From a virus, in the IMG/VR virus record IMGVR_UViG_3300037231_000119, positions 64,001 to 128,000 of that record: a stretch of DNA of 64,000 bases, one strand, 5' to 3'. The number at the start of each line of letters is the position of its first letter. Position 1 is the stretch's first letter. The notes below the pieces were generated by a model. The model worked only from the letters and a program-made list of their open reading frames with translations. It was not told the DNA's origin and did no database searches. The translations under genes were made by a program, and so were the position numbers. Shown here in pieces: positions 17,668 through 26,820 of the stretch.

Positions 17668-18606
17668 TTATACGTTAGTTACAAGCATTCGTGTAGAAAA
17701 CGCAGTTTTTATTTTGCCAACCAAAACGTCCCTTTTCTTTTCTAGGAGTTCAATATATGGCAAATAAATCCTCGTGCCTGGACCGCTGCTGCTCTGACTT
17801 ATACCGTCTCTGCTTTGTGATTGGCTAGTATTAATGAACAAGTTCATAATAGCAGAAAGCATATTTATTGCTGCTATGGTACCGATCAAATCGTTAATAA
17901 TTACGGGGTATTGGCCCTCTATCTTAGAGGTGCCCGTCTGATAAGAAATTTGCCAGAATCCGGGTAAAAAATTAATTTGGGAAAACGATAACAGATACGG
18001 AACTCCACCATAGTTACTAAATGCCGCCGATCCAGATGCGACCGAAAAGGCTCCCAAAATCGGTATAATGTTCACGATGCCTTTAGCGAAGTTGCTCGAT
18101 TCTATCCATTCATGAGGTATGGTGAACACTTTATAGCCGTCATTGCTCACAATAGATACGTCTTGAACGGCTAACACCGGATTCTGCTCCGTTTTTAAAT
18201 GAATATAGGTTTTATATAGGTTTGAATCCCATGGAACCCTATCTGTAAACTGCTCTCTATTTATGGTAATTCTGCAAAGTAGTTCTGCCTCATTGGTAGC
18301 CAAAACAATTTGATCTTTGAGATCTTCCGAACTGAAACTATCCCCGTTAGGGAATGCTAGCGGAATTCCCTTTAGATATCGCGATACTAGCAGTGATGGA
18401 GTGAGAATTGGCTCACAGCGCTTCAATAACCCAGAAGACTGGGTCATGTGTACGGGGTAGCCCGCACTGAAAAATTCCGTATTTTTCTCAAAATTTGCCG
18501 GTCTAGGAGTCCCGTTCAGATCACCAACAGGAGCACCGTCGCGAAAATTCGGCTCATAGGGCGCCCCCTGCTCTGTAAACGGAGGTCCTGGCTTACGATT
18601 ACTCAT
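17668..18606 (-). CDS. Putative head-tail adaptor protein
   Basis: RYLKGIPL, ISYQTG, LIGTIAAI, SQSQSRDGISQSSS pattern; position after the capsid region. Confidence 0.6.
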   Translation of the reverse strand: MSNRKPGPPFTEQGAPYEPNFRDGAPVGDLNGTPRPANFEKNTEFFSAGYPVHMTQSSGLLKRCEPILTPSLLVSRYLKGIPLAFPNGDSFSSEDLKDQIVLATNEAELLCRITINREQFTDRVPWDSNLYKTYIHLKTEQNPVLAVQDVSIVSNDGYKVFTIPHEWIESSNFAKGIVNIIPILGAFSVASGSAAFSNYGGVPYLLSFSQINFLPGFWQISYQTGTSKIEGQYPVIINDLIGTIAAINMLSAIMNLFINTSQSQSRDGISQSSSGPGTRIYLPYIELLEKKRDVLVGKIKTAFSTRMLVTNV

Positions 18607-19083
18607 TTAGCAACTCCCGCAATTCGTCATTTCGACCGCCAACATGTTAATTACGGTCCAGGTCCAAGTATTGATCCCTTGAGTTAGCGTAAATACGACA
18701 TTACCGCTAGAAGGAGCAACTCCAACATTCGCATATCCAGGTATACTAAATGACCAAACCGAAGAGTCATTGGGATTAGGGGTAGCTACAAAAGTCAAGG
18801 TATTTCCAACATTTAGGCTAGGGAAGGTCACGGTCATGGTAAACGGTTGATTCGAACTCCCAACCCCCGCCAAATACCTTTGAGGCGCAGTTTGTATGGC
18901 AGCATTGAAAAAACCCCCATTAAGAGGGAAAAATGATGCGGGAGATGCCGTATTTTGATTGTCCAAGTCAAATAGTTGATAATACAGGGTATTTGGATCG
19001 CTAGCGCGTATGGTCCATTGACTTGCGGTTTGGAAGTCATTGATATTACTAAAGTTTATGATTGCTTGGGAGGTCAGTCTCAT
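18607..19083 (-). CDS. Putative virion structural protein
   Basis: Beta-rich; late motif at 19111-19119. Confidence 0.55.
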   Translation of the reverse strand: MRLTSQAIINFSNINDFQTASQWTIRASDPNTLYYQLFDLDNQNTASPASFFPLNGGFFNAAIQTAPQRYLAGVGSSNQPFTMTVTFPSLNVGNTLTFVATPNPNDSSVWSFSIPGYANVGVAPSSGNVVFTLTQGINTWTWTVINMLAVEMTNCGSC

Positions 19084-19110
19084 TTTATACCCCTAAAATA
19101 GTTCTCTAAG

Positions 19111-19119
19111 TAAGATTGG
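19111..19119 (-). promoter_or_regulatory. Putative late promoter CCAATCTTA
   Basis: Exact motif heading the neck/head-protein operon. Confidence 0.7.
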
Positions 19120-19166
19120 CTTAAATTTTACTTGAAATGGTGCCAGATAGGCCCTATAGTCAGGTA

Positions 19167-19622
19167 ATGAAGCTTAAGATGACCAAAAGGGAAGTTATTC
19201 AAAAAGCAAAGAGGGTCCTGGAGCAAGAAGGGGTCACCTATGAGATTAAAGCCGAAGAGGCCTGTGGGTGGGCTTATCCCAAAGATAGCCATGTTATAGT
19301 CGGCACTCTAGGATACGACACTGATCAGTTGGCCTCAGTTTTTTGTCACGAACTAGCGCACGTATTGAATTTTAGGAATAGGAAGTACTTCAGATACCAT
19401 AATGGCGGTTTCGATTTTGATCTTTCTCCCGAATTGTGTAAAATGCGTATTCAAATCGGACTTAAAGCTGAAATATACACCGATATGGTAGCCAAAAAGC
19501 TTATGAGGAAGTATTACCCTGGCATGAAATTTATTCCCAGCTATTCAAAGAAATGGCAGCGCGATTGGTATCATAAAAATATCTTGGGTCAATGTAGAGA
19601 GTTTTTGGAGGGCGTGAAATGA
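19167..19622 (+). CDS. Zn metallopeptidase-like protein (HExxH, ImmA/IrrE-like); start revised to 19167
   Basis: FCHELAH..E; promoter TTGAAA-N17-TATAGT (19132-19160) with ATG 6 nt downstream. Confidence 0.65.
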   Translation: MKLKMTKREVIQKAKRVLEQEGVTYEIKAEEACGWAYPKDSHVIVGTLGYDTDQLASVFCHELAHVLNFRNRKYFRYHNGGFDFDLSPELCKMRIQIGLKAEIYTDMVAKKLMRKYYPGMKFIPSYSKKWQRDWYHKNILGQCREFLEGVK

Positions 19623-20470
19623 GTAAGTCTGTTGAATGTAATATTCCCTGTAAGCTATGTGGAAGTTTAGACATAGCGGTCGTATATAGGGAATGTAGCC
19701 ATATTAAGCCCTCCTATCATTGCAATAAGTGTGGCCATAGTAAAACCGTAGATGAGTGGATTAGTGCCCAATCCCATGAGGATTTAGGTAAGTGGGCGAA
19801 ACCACATATCTCCGCTATGGAAGAGATAATAAAAGAGCTAGCTACGGAAAAGTCAAATAAGGAACCCCGTATTAGTCCAGAAGACGTTGCATTTTTAAGA
19901 TCTTTTAATAAGAAAATTGAAGATCTAAATAAGGAAGAGAACGATAGGATAATCGGTTCAGTATCTCACGAGGCAATGATGGAGTGTTTAGCTACGGACG
20001 ACCCAAATAGGGTTACCCCAGAAACCGTTCTCGGGGCAATGAAAGAGGAGTCTGAAGCGATTAAAGAATATTATGAGGGGGTTAAAGGTGACCGAAATGC
20101 CTTCTACGACTCCACTCGGGCCATCCGCCACGATCAAAATAAGCCCCATATGGACCTTTTGAGTCCGATCGCCATGTTTGGAACTGCTCAAGTGTTGACT
20201 AAGGGATTGGAGAAATATCCTGGGAGTCAGTGGAAAAAGGGAATGGCGTGGTCCAAAGTTATTGCTTCTCTGTTAAGACACGCCTTTAAATTTATGGCAG
20301 GGGAAGACTTGGATTACGATCCAAAGTGCGTAGGGTGCCAAAATAAGAGCTGTAAGGAGCACACAGGGCTGCCTCATATAGACTGTATGGCCGTAAATGT
20401 GATGTTTTTACAGGAATATTACAGGAAGCACAAGAATTTGGATGATCGGATTAAGACGGGGTTGGAATGA
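19619..20470 (+). CDS. Zn ribbon plus DUF5664-like dATP/dGTP diphosphohydrolase domain
   Basis: HDQNKPHMDLL..VLTKGLEKY..WKKGM..SLLRH..GEDLD..TGLPH. Confidence 0.75.
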   Translation: MSKSVECNIPCKLCGSLDIAVVYRECSHIKPSYHCNKCGHSKTVDEWISAQSHEDLGKWAKPHISAMEEIIKELATEKSNKEPRISPEDVAFLRSFNKKIEDLNKEENDRIIGSVSHEAMMECLATDDPNRVTPETVLGAMKEESEAIKEYYEGVKGDRNAFYDSTRAIRHDQNKPHMDLLSPIAMFGTAQVLTKGLEKYPGSQWKKGMAWSKVIASLLRHAFKFMAGEDLDYDPKCVGCQNKSCKEHTGLPHIDCMAVNVMFLQEYYRKHKNLDDRIKTGLE

Positions 20471-20499
20471 GTTCTGAAGCCTTTGTACTGACGGTAACA

Positions 20500-21006
20500 C
20501 TATCTGTTGCTTTTTCTCATCTCAATTAGAAGATTCGTTATAGCTATCATTTCAATATAAGATATGGAATTATTTTTAATTAGATTGCATGTGGAACAAC
20601 AAGGAACCACATTGTCAGCATAGTAGTCTTTACTGTTATCTTTTCTGTCTAGGCCGTGCCCTGTTTCTGGGAGTCTTCCCTTGCAGTAATGGCAGGAGTC
20701 ATCTTCCACTATGGAAATCCATTCATCCAAAGTAATGTGCCAGCTATAGCCCCTATCTTTGGCAGCTATTATACCTCTTTTGAATCTACTTTTGTTCTTT
20801 CTAGCATGCCCATACGATTTTGCTCGTCTTTCATCTCTATTCGCTAAGTAGTATTTTTTAGATTGAGCGTTCAATTCTTCCCTATTAGAGTTGTTGCGCT
20901 CTATCGTACATTTTTGACAATAAGTCTGAACACCGTCTTTTCGGGCCTTATTTTTTTGGAAATCCCCGATATCTTTTTCTAAATTGCATCCTTTACAGAT
21001 TTTCAT
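20500..21006 (-). CDS. HNH homing endonuclease
   Basis: KICKGC..F..YC..C; CHYC..GLDRKDNSKDY..NVVPCCSTCN; upstream TTGACT-N16-TAATCT. Confidence 0.8.
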   Translation of the reverse strand: MKICKGCNLEKDIGDFQKNKARKDGVQTYCQKCTIERNNSNREELNAQSKKYYLANRDERRAKSYGHARKNKSRFKRGIIAAKDRGYSWHITLDEWISIVEDDSCHYCKGRLPETGHGLDRKDNSKDYYADNVVPCCSTCNLIKNNSISYIEMIAITNLLIEMRKSNR

Positions 21007-21060
21007 ATATACTCCTGACTATAAGATTACCTCATGTATTCTGGCAGTCAAGATAAAAAT

Positions 21061-21095
21061 AAAAATCCCCCGGTAAGCATTGCCTACCGAGGGAC
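21061..21095 (-). terminator. Intrinsic terminator after the major capsid gene
   Basis: TCCCCCGGTA...TACCGAGGGA hairpin with a minus-strand U-tract. Confidence 0.75.
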
Positions 21096-21121
21096 TTGAA
21101 TTATCTAACTATTGCTAACTA

Positions 21122-22525
21122 TTAGGTAAACAATTGTCCTTGCAAATTCTCGACGATTGCATTTTTCCGTGGCGCCTCTACTGCGAGCGTAGTCCACCTG
21201 TAAAAAGCATTGTTAATGCTCAATTGAGAGATACCGAGCTGAAGCTTTTTAAAGCCACTCAGTTCGCCCATGTGTCCCGTATCCTTCTGAATCAGGAAAC
21301 CCGTGAGAGCGCCAGGAGCCATGTTGCCAAGGTCCGTGAACGTCGCACCACTTGGGGCCGCCGCGATATTCCCGATGAAGAGAACACCCGGAGAAACCGT
21401 AGCTGCCACACCGGCCGCCGTACGATACACACGGTAGTAGAGAGCGCCAGCAGCCGCACCGATCGTCAGAGTGACCTTGTTACCAGCGAGAGCAGGCGTA
21501 ACGGTCGAAACGGCCGAGAGAGGCCCTTCACCGTAGGCGTTAACCGCAGCAACAGCGTACGTATACGCAGCAGCCTGAAGGAGAGACCCAGCGGCCCCGC
21601 CGTCAGCAGAAGCCAACGTAGGCTGAGCAGGAGCGCCCTGAATCTGGACGTTGATCGGATTGATCTGTTTACGCAAATATTGCGACATTTCCATACTGAC
21701 GGCACCTGAGCTAGTCCACTGCGTGCGAAGATGCGCGCCAGTAGCTTCCTGAGGTGAACCAGCGAGAACGATACGTTCCTTAGCCTGGCTGATCTTGTTA
21801 TAAGCAGAGAGGCTGGAAGGATCCAACATCAGCTTGTCCGCGCGACCCATGTTAAGGGCAGAACGAACCGAGATATCTTCGATCAGGGACTGCGTAAGAG
21901 CAGCGCCACCAGCCGAGAACACAACCGTTGCGCTCGAACCGTACGAAGCGAACATCAGATCCTGTCCATTGCGCTCGAAATCCGAGGCGCGAACCTGGAG
22001 ATCCCAACCACGCATATTGGCGAGAGCAGGAACTAGGGCAGGATTGCCATCGAAGACTCCGTTGTTTGAGAAATCAGAGTTACCAGAGAACAGGTCGAAC
22101 TCGATGTCCTGAGCAAGGTTAAGGGCCGCATCCTGAGCTTGGCGCTCTTCAGCAGTCACCTTGTCAAACGTTTCAACAGCGTTCGCAACGAGCGAATGTT
22201 CGCGTGTATCGACGTAGTACGCCATTGGGACCACGAGACGAGCAGCTTGGCCAGTCTTTTTCGCGCCCAGCATACCTTCGTAAGCCGCTGATCCGCCGAA
22301 ACGGCCGACAGACAATTTACGATTGTACTGATAGAGATTCGACTTCGTATTACGAACATCGAGCATCTTCTGCAGTTTGATGGTCTCTTCGGCAGCCGTG
22401 ACATTGATCATCACTGGAGCCAGATCTTCGATTTGATAAGCAGCGCCCTGTACGAGGGTAGAAGGGGCGGCATTATATGAACCCGCTTCGAGTGCCTTCA
22501 TCAGAGTTTGGAGTTGGTCTAACAT
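21122..22525 (-). CDS. Major capsid protein (SPO1/Twort-like type, FN3-like insertion)
   Basis: KALEAG..GAAYQIEDL N-terminus; IEFDLFSG; YTYAVAAVNAYGEG..YYRVYR; follows the scaffold; strong terminator. Confidence 0.9.
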   Translation of the reverse strand: MLDQLQTLMKALEAGSYNAAPSTLVQGAAYQIEDLAPVMINVTAAEETIKLQKMLDVRNTKSNLYQYNRKLSVGRFGGSAAYEGMLGAKKTGQAARLVVPMAYYVDTREHSLVANAVETFDKVTAEERQAQDAALNLAQDIEFDLFSGNSDFSNNGVFDGNPALVPALANMRGWDLQVRASDFERNGQDLMFASYGSSATVVFSAGGAALTQSLIEDISVRSALNMGRADKLMLDPSSLSAYNKISQAKERIVLAGSPQEATGAHLRTQWTSSGAVSMEMSQYLRKQINPINVQIQGAPAQPTLASADGGAAGSLLQAAAYTYAVAAVNAYGEGPLSAVSTVTPALAGNKVTLTIGAAAGALYYRVYRTAAGVAATVSPGVLFIGNIAAAPSGATFTDLGNMAPGALTGFLIQKDTGHMGELSGFKKLQLGISQLSINNAFYRWTTLAVEAPRKNAIVENLQGQLFT

Positions 22526-22556
22526 ATTGATTTTCCTTTTCTAAAAATTGCCAGTA

Positions 22557-23462
22557 CTACTTAAGTAGATGGCGGACAGATTCGACATTTTTACTAAAAT
22601 AGTAACTGTTAATGGCATCACGATCGGACTTAGTCAGAGAAACATCTTTTGCTTTAGCCAGAAGCTTCGCATCGATTTCACTCTTAGTAAGAGGTTTTTC
22701 GTTTTGGCCGCTTTCGGTCTTAGCGATGATATCCAGGGATGTAATCGCTTTACCGGCAGGAGCAGTTTTCTCAACGAATTTTTTCAGGAAGGCAGCAACA
22801 GCGGCAGTCTCAGCCTTAGCAGCTTCGAGTTCCGACTTAAGCATGCTAATTTCCATAGAAGGTTCTGATTTTTCGAGAGCTTGAGCACCGGTAGAAGCGG
22901 GACCTTTGCCTTCTTTTTCAGATTGACCGTCTTTAGGGCCACCGTTAGGACGGTAACCTTCAGCATCTTTAGCGCAATCTTCCATCTCAGCTTTAGCCAT
23001 GCCATCTTCGCATTTAGCCATGCCCATGCCTTCTAGGCACTTTCTCACAGCGTCATGATGAGCCTTCAGTTCAGGCTTAGACATCGAAGAGTACATCGAG
23101 TGCATGTGACCCATATCTTCGTCGTCGTAACCATGATCTTCATCGGCAGGCGCAGCACCATCTTTGGCCGCCATACCTGGCTGTTCTTGATCGTTTTCGC
23201 CTGGCTTATCTTCAGATTGCTGATCTTGATCCTTGACGCCCTTATCTTCGGGCTTTTCGGTTTCCATCGGCTTCTTTTCTTCGCCACTTGATTCGCTAGA
23301 AGCCTTCTTCTCGTCCTCTTTCTTAGATTCATCCTTTTTGGGAGGAAACTCGGATTTGGCGAGACCAAAACTTTTTTCAGCTTTGGCAAGATGCTTCGAA
23401 AATTCTTTTTCCACATCGGCCATCAGGCTTGAAAGTTGTTGTTCGTCGTACATGATTTTCAT
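22557..23462 (-). CDS. Capsid scaffolding protein
   Basis: Charged low-complexity protein directly upstream of MCP, with about nine (L/M/I)xK(S/A/C/T)(E/D) motifs. Confidence 0.75.
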   Translation of the reverse strand: MKIMYDEQQLSSLMADVEKEFSKHLAKAEKSFGLAKSEFPPKKDESKKEDEKKASSESSGEEKKPMETEKPEDKGVKDQDQQSEDKPGENDQEQPGMAAKDGAAPADEDHGYDDEDMGHMHSMYSSMSKPELKAHHDAVRKCLEGMGMAKCEDGMAKAEMEDCAKDAEGYRPNGGPKDGQSEKEGKGPASTGAQALEKSEPSMEISMLKSELEAAKAETAAVAAFLKKFVEKTAPAGKAITSLDIIAKTESGQNEKPLTKSEIDAKLLAKAKDVSLTKSDRDAINSYYFSKNVESVRHLLK

Positions 23463-23497
23463 AATCAGATCCTCTATGTTTGATAGCTATCCGATTC

Positions 23498-24220
23498 TTA
23501 GGTGTTGCCTTTGAAGCCCCAGTCAATATCTTTGAGCTGTTGAACAGGACCCGTGCCAGCCGTAACTTGAGCGTTAACAGCAGCTTCATTAGCCGCCGAA
23601 CCGTTCGCGATACCGAACTGCTGAACAACCATGCCCGTGCGAGCAATTTCGAACAAGCAAGTCGAATAATCCGAACTGCCAGGAATCAGGTTAGCGCCAG
23701 AGAAAGCGGAGTACGTGATCGTCGCATCGCCCGTTCCACTTACCTTGGTAAGCGTTCCGGAAGCAGCCGAAACATACGTGGTGTTGCTGGTCGCCAGCGT
23801 GGTACCAGAAGCAATCGTGCTCTGCACCGTGAAGCTCTGACCGGCAGCGCTAGTATAAACTGCACCCGCCGTGGCAGAAGCAGAACTGACCGTAAACGAA
23901 CCAGCCGTCAACTCGTAAGCGATCTGACAAACGGTTGGCGTGAAAGGAAGCGTGGCATTGCCAAACACGTCCACTGGACTTCCGGCAGGGCTAACACCAG
24001 CGATTTGCTCGAAGAGGTTTGTAATTCTCATCCAAATTACCGGATTGCCTTCGGTAGCGGTGCCACCGTGCGAAACGATAATCAGAGGATAGCCAAATTC
24101 GTCTTGCGACTGAGTGACGGTGTTGAGAGCCGTGGGAAACGTTTGCTGGCTCAAACGCAGATTGAGACGGTCGGTGAGGTCGCGTGCGATCCCTACACTA
24201 TGGTCATTCGAGTAAAGCAT
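23498..24220 (-). CDS. Putative capsid decoration/virion protein with a 64-aa mobile beta module
   Basis: First gene of the scaffold-MCP operon; module shared with 35608..36405. Confidence 0.6.
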   Translation of the reverse strand: MLYSNDHSVGIARDLTDRLNLRLSQQTFPTALNTVTQSQDEFGYPLIIVSHGGTATEGNPVIWMRITNLFEQIAGVSPAGSPVDVFGNATLPFTPTVCQIAYELTAGSFTVSSASATAGAVYTSAAGQSFTVQSTIASGTTLATSNTTYVSAASGTLTKVSGTGDATITYSAFSGANLIPGSSDYSTCLFEIARTGMVVQQFGIANGSAANEAAVNAQVTAGTGPVQQLKDIDWGFKGNT

Positions 24221-24388
24221 TGAAATTCTCCTTGGAAATTTGTCTTTTTACGTAAAAACCATTTCAAACATTGAATATGGCGAACCCTTGGGTTTCAGCT
24301 ATTTAGATTGCCGTGTTAAGAAAAAACTCAATAAATTCAAATAGTTAACCATAAGCATTATTGGAATAAGCATGATCTATACCCTTTG

Positions 24389-24398
24389 CCAATCTTAT
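24389..24398 (+). promoter_or_regulatory. Putative late promoter CCAATCTTAT (probable leaderless HNH transcript)
   Basis: Motif 4 nt before the ATG at 24403. Confidence 0.65.
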
Positions 24399-24402
24399 TA
24401 GT

Positions 24403-24903
24403 ATGAAAACATGCACAAATCCGATATGCGATCAAATAAACCCCCAACCCTTAACGCAATTTTATAAAAAGAAGAGTGGGAGAGATGGACTAAATGGTAG
24501 GTGTGTAAAGTGTACCAATAAGCAAACAGATGCTTGGTGTGCCCGTAATACCGAAAAGGTGAAGGTTACCAAAAACAAATGGACGACCAACAATACAGAA
24601 AAAGTTAGGGAAAATGGCCAAAAATGGGATAAATTAAATCCAGGTAAAAAAGCCGCTCAAGTTCGTAAGTATCAGGCTTCTAAGCTTAATGCGACTCCCA
24701 AATGGCTTACTAAAGAACAACTTAAGGAAATGCAGGCCCTATATGTTGAAGCGGCCCTAAAAACCAGAGAAACTGGAATCCCCCATGAAGTCGATCATGA
24801 GGAGCCCCTACAGGGTAAGAATATCTGCGGATTGCACGTACCATGGAATCTGAAGGTGGTTACGAGGACCGAAAACCGTAAAAAGAGCAATACGGGTAAA
24901 TAG
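24403..24903 (+). CDS. HNH homing endonuclease
   Basis: ATPKW..Y..HEVDHEEPLQGKNICGLHVPWNL..EN..KSN. Confidence 0.85.
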   Translation: MKTCTNPICDQINPQPLTQFYKKKSGRDGLNGRCVKCTNKQTDAWCARNTEKVKVTKNKWTTNNTEKVRENGQKWDKLNPGKKAAQVRKYQASKLNATPKWLTKEQLKEMQALYVEAALKTRETGIPHEVDHEEPLQGKNICGLHVPWNLKVVTRTENRKKSNTGK

Positions 24904-24904
24904 T

Positions 24905-24914
24905 CCAATCTTAT
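24905..24914 (+). promoter_or_regulatory. Putative late promoter CCAATCTTAT
   Basis: Motif then SD AGGAG upstream of the protease ATG. Confidence 0.7.
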
Positions 24915-24931
24915 CCCTTAGGAGTGCTTAA

Positions 24932-26791
24932 ATGTCAACTTATATTTCGGGCGTAGCTAGTTGTTCCGCAATTGATACCGCTGGGGAAATTGTAGATATT
25001 AGCGGTCTCGACATAACCTCCTTAGCTCGTAGCGGTACTTGTAACTGGGAACACAAAGCCGACACCCCGGCACAAACAGTTGGCAAAATACTAAAGGCAA
25101 AAAAGATCTTTAGTGAAAAAGACTGTGAAGATTCCAATCAAAAACACTTTTGGGATAAAACCAAACTACCGTTCGTATATATAGTTGCGGAGCTTTTGGA
25201 TGATTATACGGCTAGTGCAAAAGAATGTGCTGGTCAGATGAGGTACAGTAAGGACCATCCCGAACTATCGGCAATTTTAGGATTTTCCGTTGAAGGAAGT
25301 GAAATACCCGGAACCAGGAAAAATTCCATGCTGATCACACGATCGATTGCAAGAAAGGTTACGCTTACCGTATCTCCAGCAAATAAGTTATGTATTGCTC
25401 AAATTTTCGAGAACCCAGAACAAAAATCCCAAGTCAAAGATGATTTTGAAGAATTGTTTCGTTCTGACCAAGAAGCTATCACTCTCTTCAAGTCAGGTGA
25501 AGGCGAAAAGATTTACGAATCCTATTTGGCCAAAAAAGAGCATGAGCCTAAGAAGCCGTGTAAACATAAGAAAATGAAAAAAGATGAATTTGGTTATCCA
25601 GATTCCCCTAAAACTTCAGCGCCCCCTCCAGAACCAAATAAAGCAAACGCCCAAGCTATGCAAAATGGCGCTGAATCAGGCGGTCCAAGTTTCTCTCAGG
25701 GCCTATCTAACCTGGCCAATGGCTTAATGGGTAAAAGTGAAAACTTCGGATGGTCTAAGGGTAAAGTGGATAAGGATAAAAAGGCAGTTCACTACGAACA
25801 CCCAACTCATGGCACGGTTTCCGTAATCAGACACGATAATGGCGATTTCCACGTAAAGCATCGTGGGGCTTTGGCTGGTGTTGGTGGAGTTAAGGGCTCT
25901 TTCCCTACTTCTGGAGAAGCCGGTACTCACGCTAAGAAATATATGTCTTCCTTAAGCCAGGGTAAAACTTTGGCACCACAAATGCATAATATTTCATCAA
26001 CGGACGTTGCGAGCAAAAAACATCTTAAAAAAGCCATCGATGCCGGTTCCTACAATGCCGCCCCCTCTACCCTAGCTTCCGGTGCCGCTTATCAACGCGA
26101 AAGTCTTGGTTCAAAGCCTGCAACTACTGGGGCTGAAGACCATAACTTTCAGGGGACTAAGAAGAAGGACTGGAATAAGAGATCGAAAGAAGATTACGAG
26201 AATTGGCCCCAAAAAGAGAAGTTTGAGAAGTTTATGTCTGCTAGAATGCCTCATTTGGCATTAGGCGAGATAAAAGCTCTGGGCCGGGCGATATGCTTGA
26301 AAAAGAACATCGAGGCGGAGAAAGCTCTTGGTAATTTGGTTTTGGGTAAGTCTGAAGAGGACCCCAAACTCGGCAATCATTTTCTTTTCAGTGCTGAAAA
26401 TCCAATGCATCCCCATAAAAATGAAAGCAGGATGGACCATAAACAGACCCTGGTACACTTAAAAAGTAAGGGTTTTGATGCCAATGAAGTTAAGGGGCAT
26501 TATGGCGCTCCGGAGACCTCGATCATGGTCCACAATGTTAATCCCAAACAGGCAGAGCATCTTCACGGAATAGCCTCCAAACTTGGTCAGGATAGTTCGA
26601 TCTATAGTAATAATGGCAAGCATGAGATGCGCTACCATCACGGTGAAAAGGCAGGAAAGTCCCATTTAGGTTCTGGTACCGAATTCCATAAAGAAAAGCC
26701 TAAGGATTTCTATACTACTCTACCTAATGGAAAACACTTCACTCACAATTTTGATTTTGATCAATTACATAATAGTAAAAAGAAAAAATAG
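24932..26791 (+). CDS. Prohead protease polyprotein: HK97/U35-like protease, internal copy of the MCP N-terminus, C-terminal SAM lyase-like domain
   Basis: ISGVAS..IDTAGEIV..G.D..NWEH..GFSVEG..VTLT.SPAN; KAIDAGSYNAAPSTL; FSAENP..GHYG..ETS..GQDS. Confidence 0.85.
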   Translation: MSTYISGVASCSAIDTAGEIVDISGLDITSLARSGTCNWEHKADTPAQTVGKILKAKKIFSEKDCEDSNQKHFWDKTKLPFVYIVAELLDDYTASAKECAGQMRYSKDHPELSAILGFSVEGSEIPGTRKNSMLITRSIARKVTLTVSPANKLCIAQIFENPEQKSQVKDDFEELFRSDQEAITLFKSGEGEKIYESYLAKKEHEPKKPCKHKKMKKDEFGYPDSPKTSAPPPEPNKANAQAMQNGAESGGPSFSQGLSNLANGLMGKSENFGWSKGKVDKDKKAVHYEHPTHGTVSVIRHDNGDFHVKHRGALAGVGGVKGSFPTSGEAGTHAKKYMSSLSQGKTLAPQMHNISSTDVASKKHLKKAIDAGSYNAAPSTLASGAAYQRESLGSKPATTGAEDHNFQGTKKKDWNKRSKEDYENWPQKEKFEKFMSARMPHLALGEIKALGRAICLKKNIEAEKALGNLVLGKSEEDPKLGNHFLFSAENPMHPHKNESRMDHKQTLVHLKSKGFDANEVKGHYGAPETSIMVHNVNPKQAEHLHGIASKLGQDSSIYSNNGKHEMRYHHGEKAGKSHLGSGTEFHKEKPKDFYTTLPNGKHFTHNFDFDQLHNSKKKK

Positions 26792-26792
26792 T

Positions 26793-26820
26793 TTGACCGT
26801 ACAAATTCTCATGATATAGT
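26793..26820 (+). promoter_or_regulatory. Promoter TTGACC-N16-TATAGT with extended -10 (ATGATATAGT)
   Basis: Consensus-like elements directly ahead of the candidate RNA. Confidence 0.65.

Noticed and set aside
19619-20470. 2-aminoadenine (Z) genome pathway
   Set aside because: DUF5664-like domains are widespread, and no PurZ or DatZ is visible in this window.
23480-24223. 247-aa plus-strand ORF, and similar ones at 4221, 10147, 21134, 54357, 58129
   Set aside because: Antisense shadows of well-supported genes; no motifs or translation signals.
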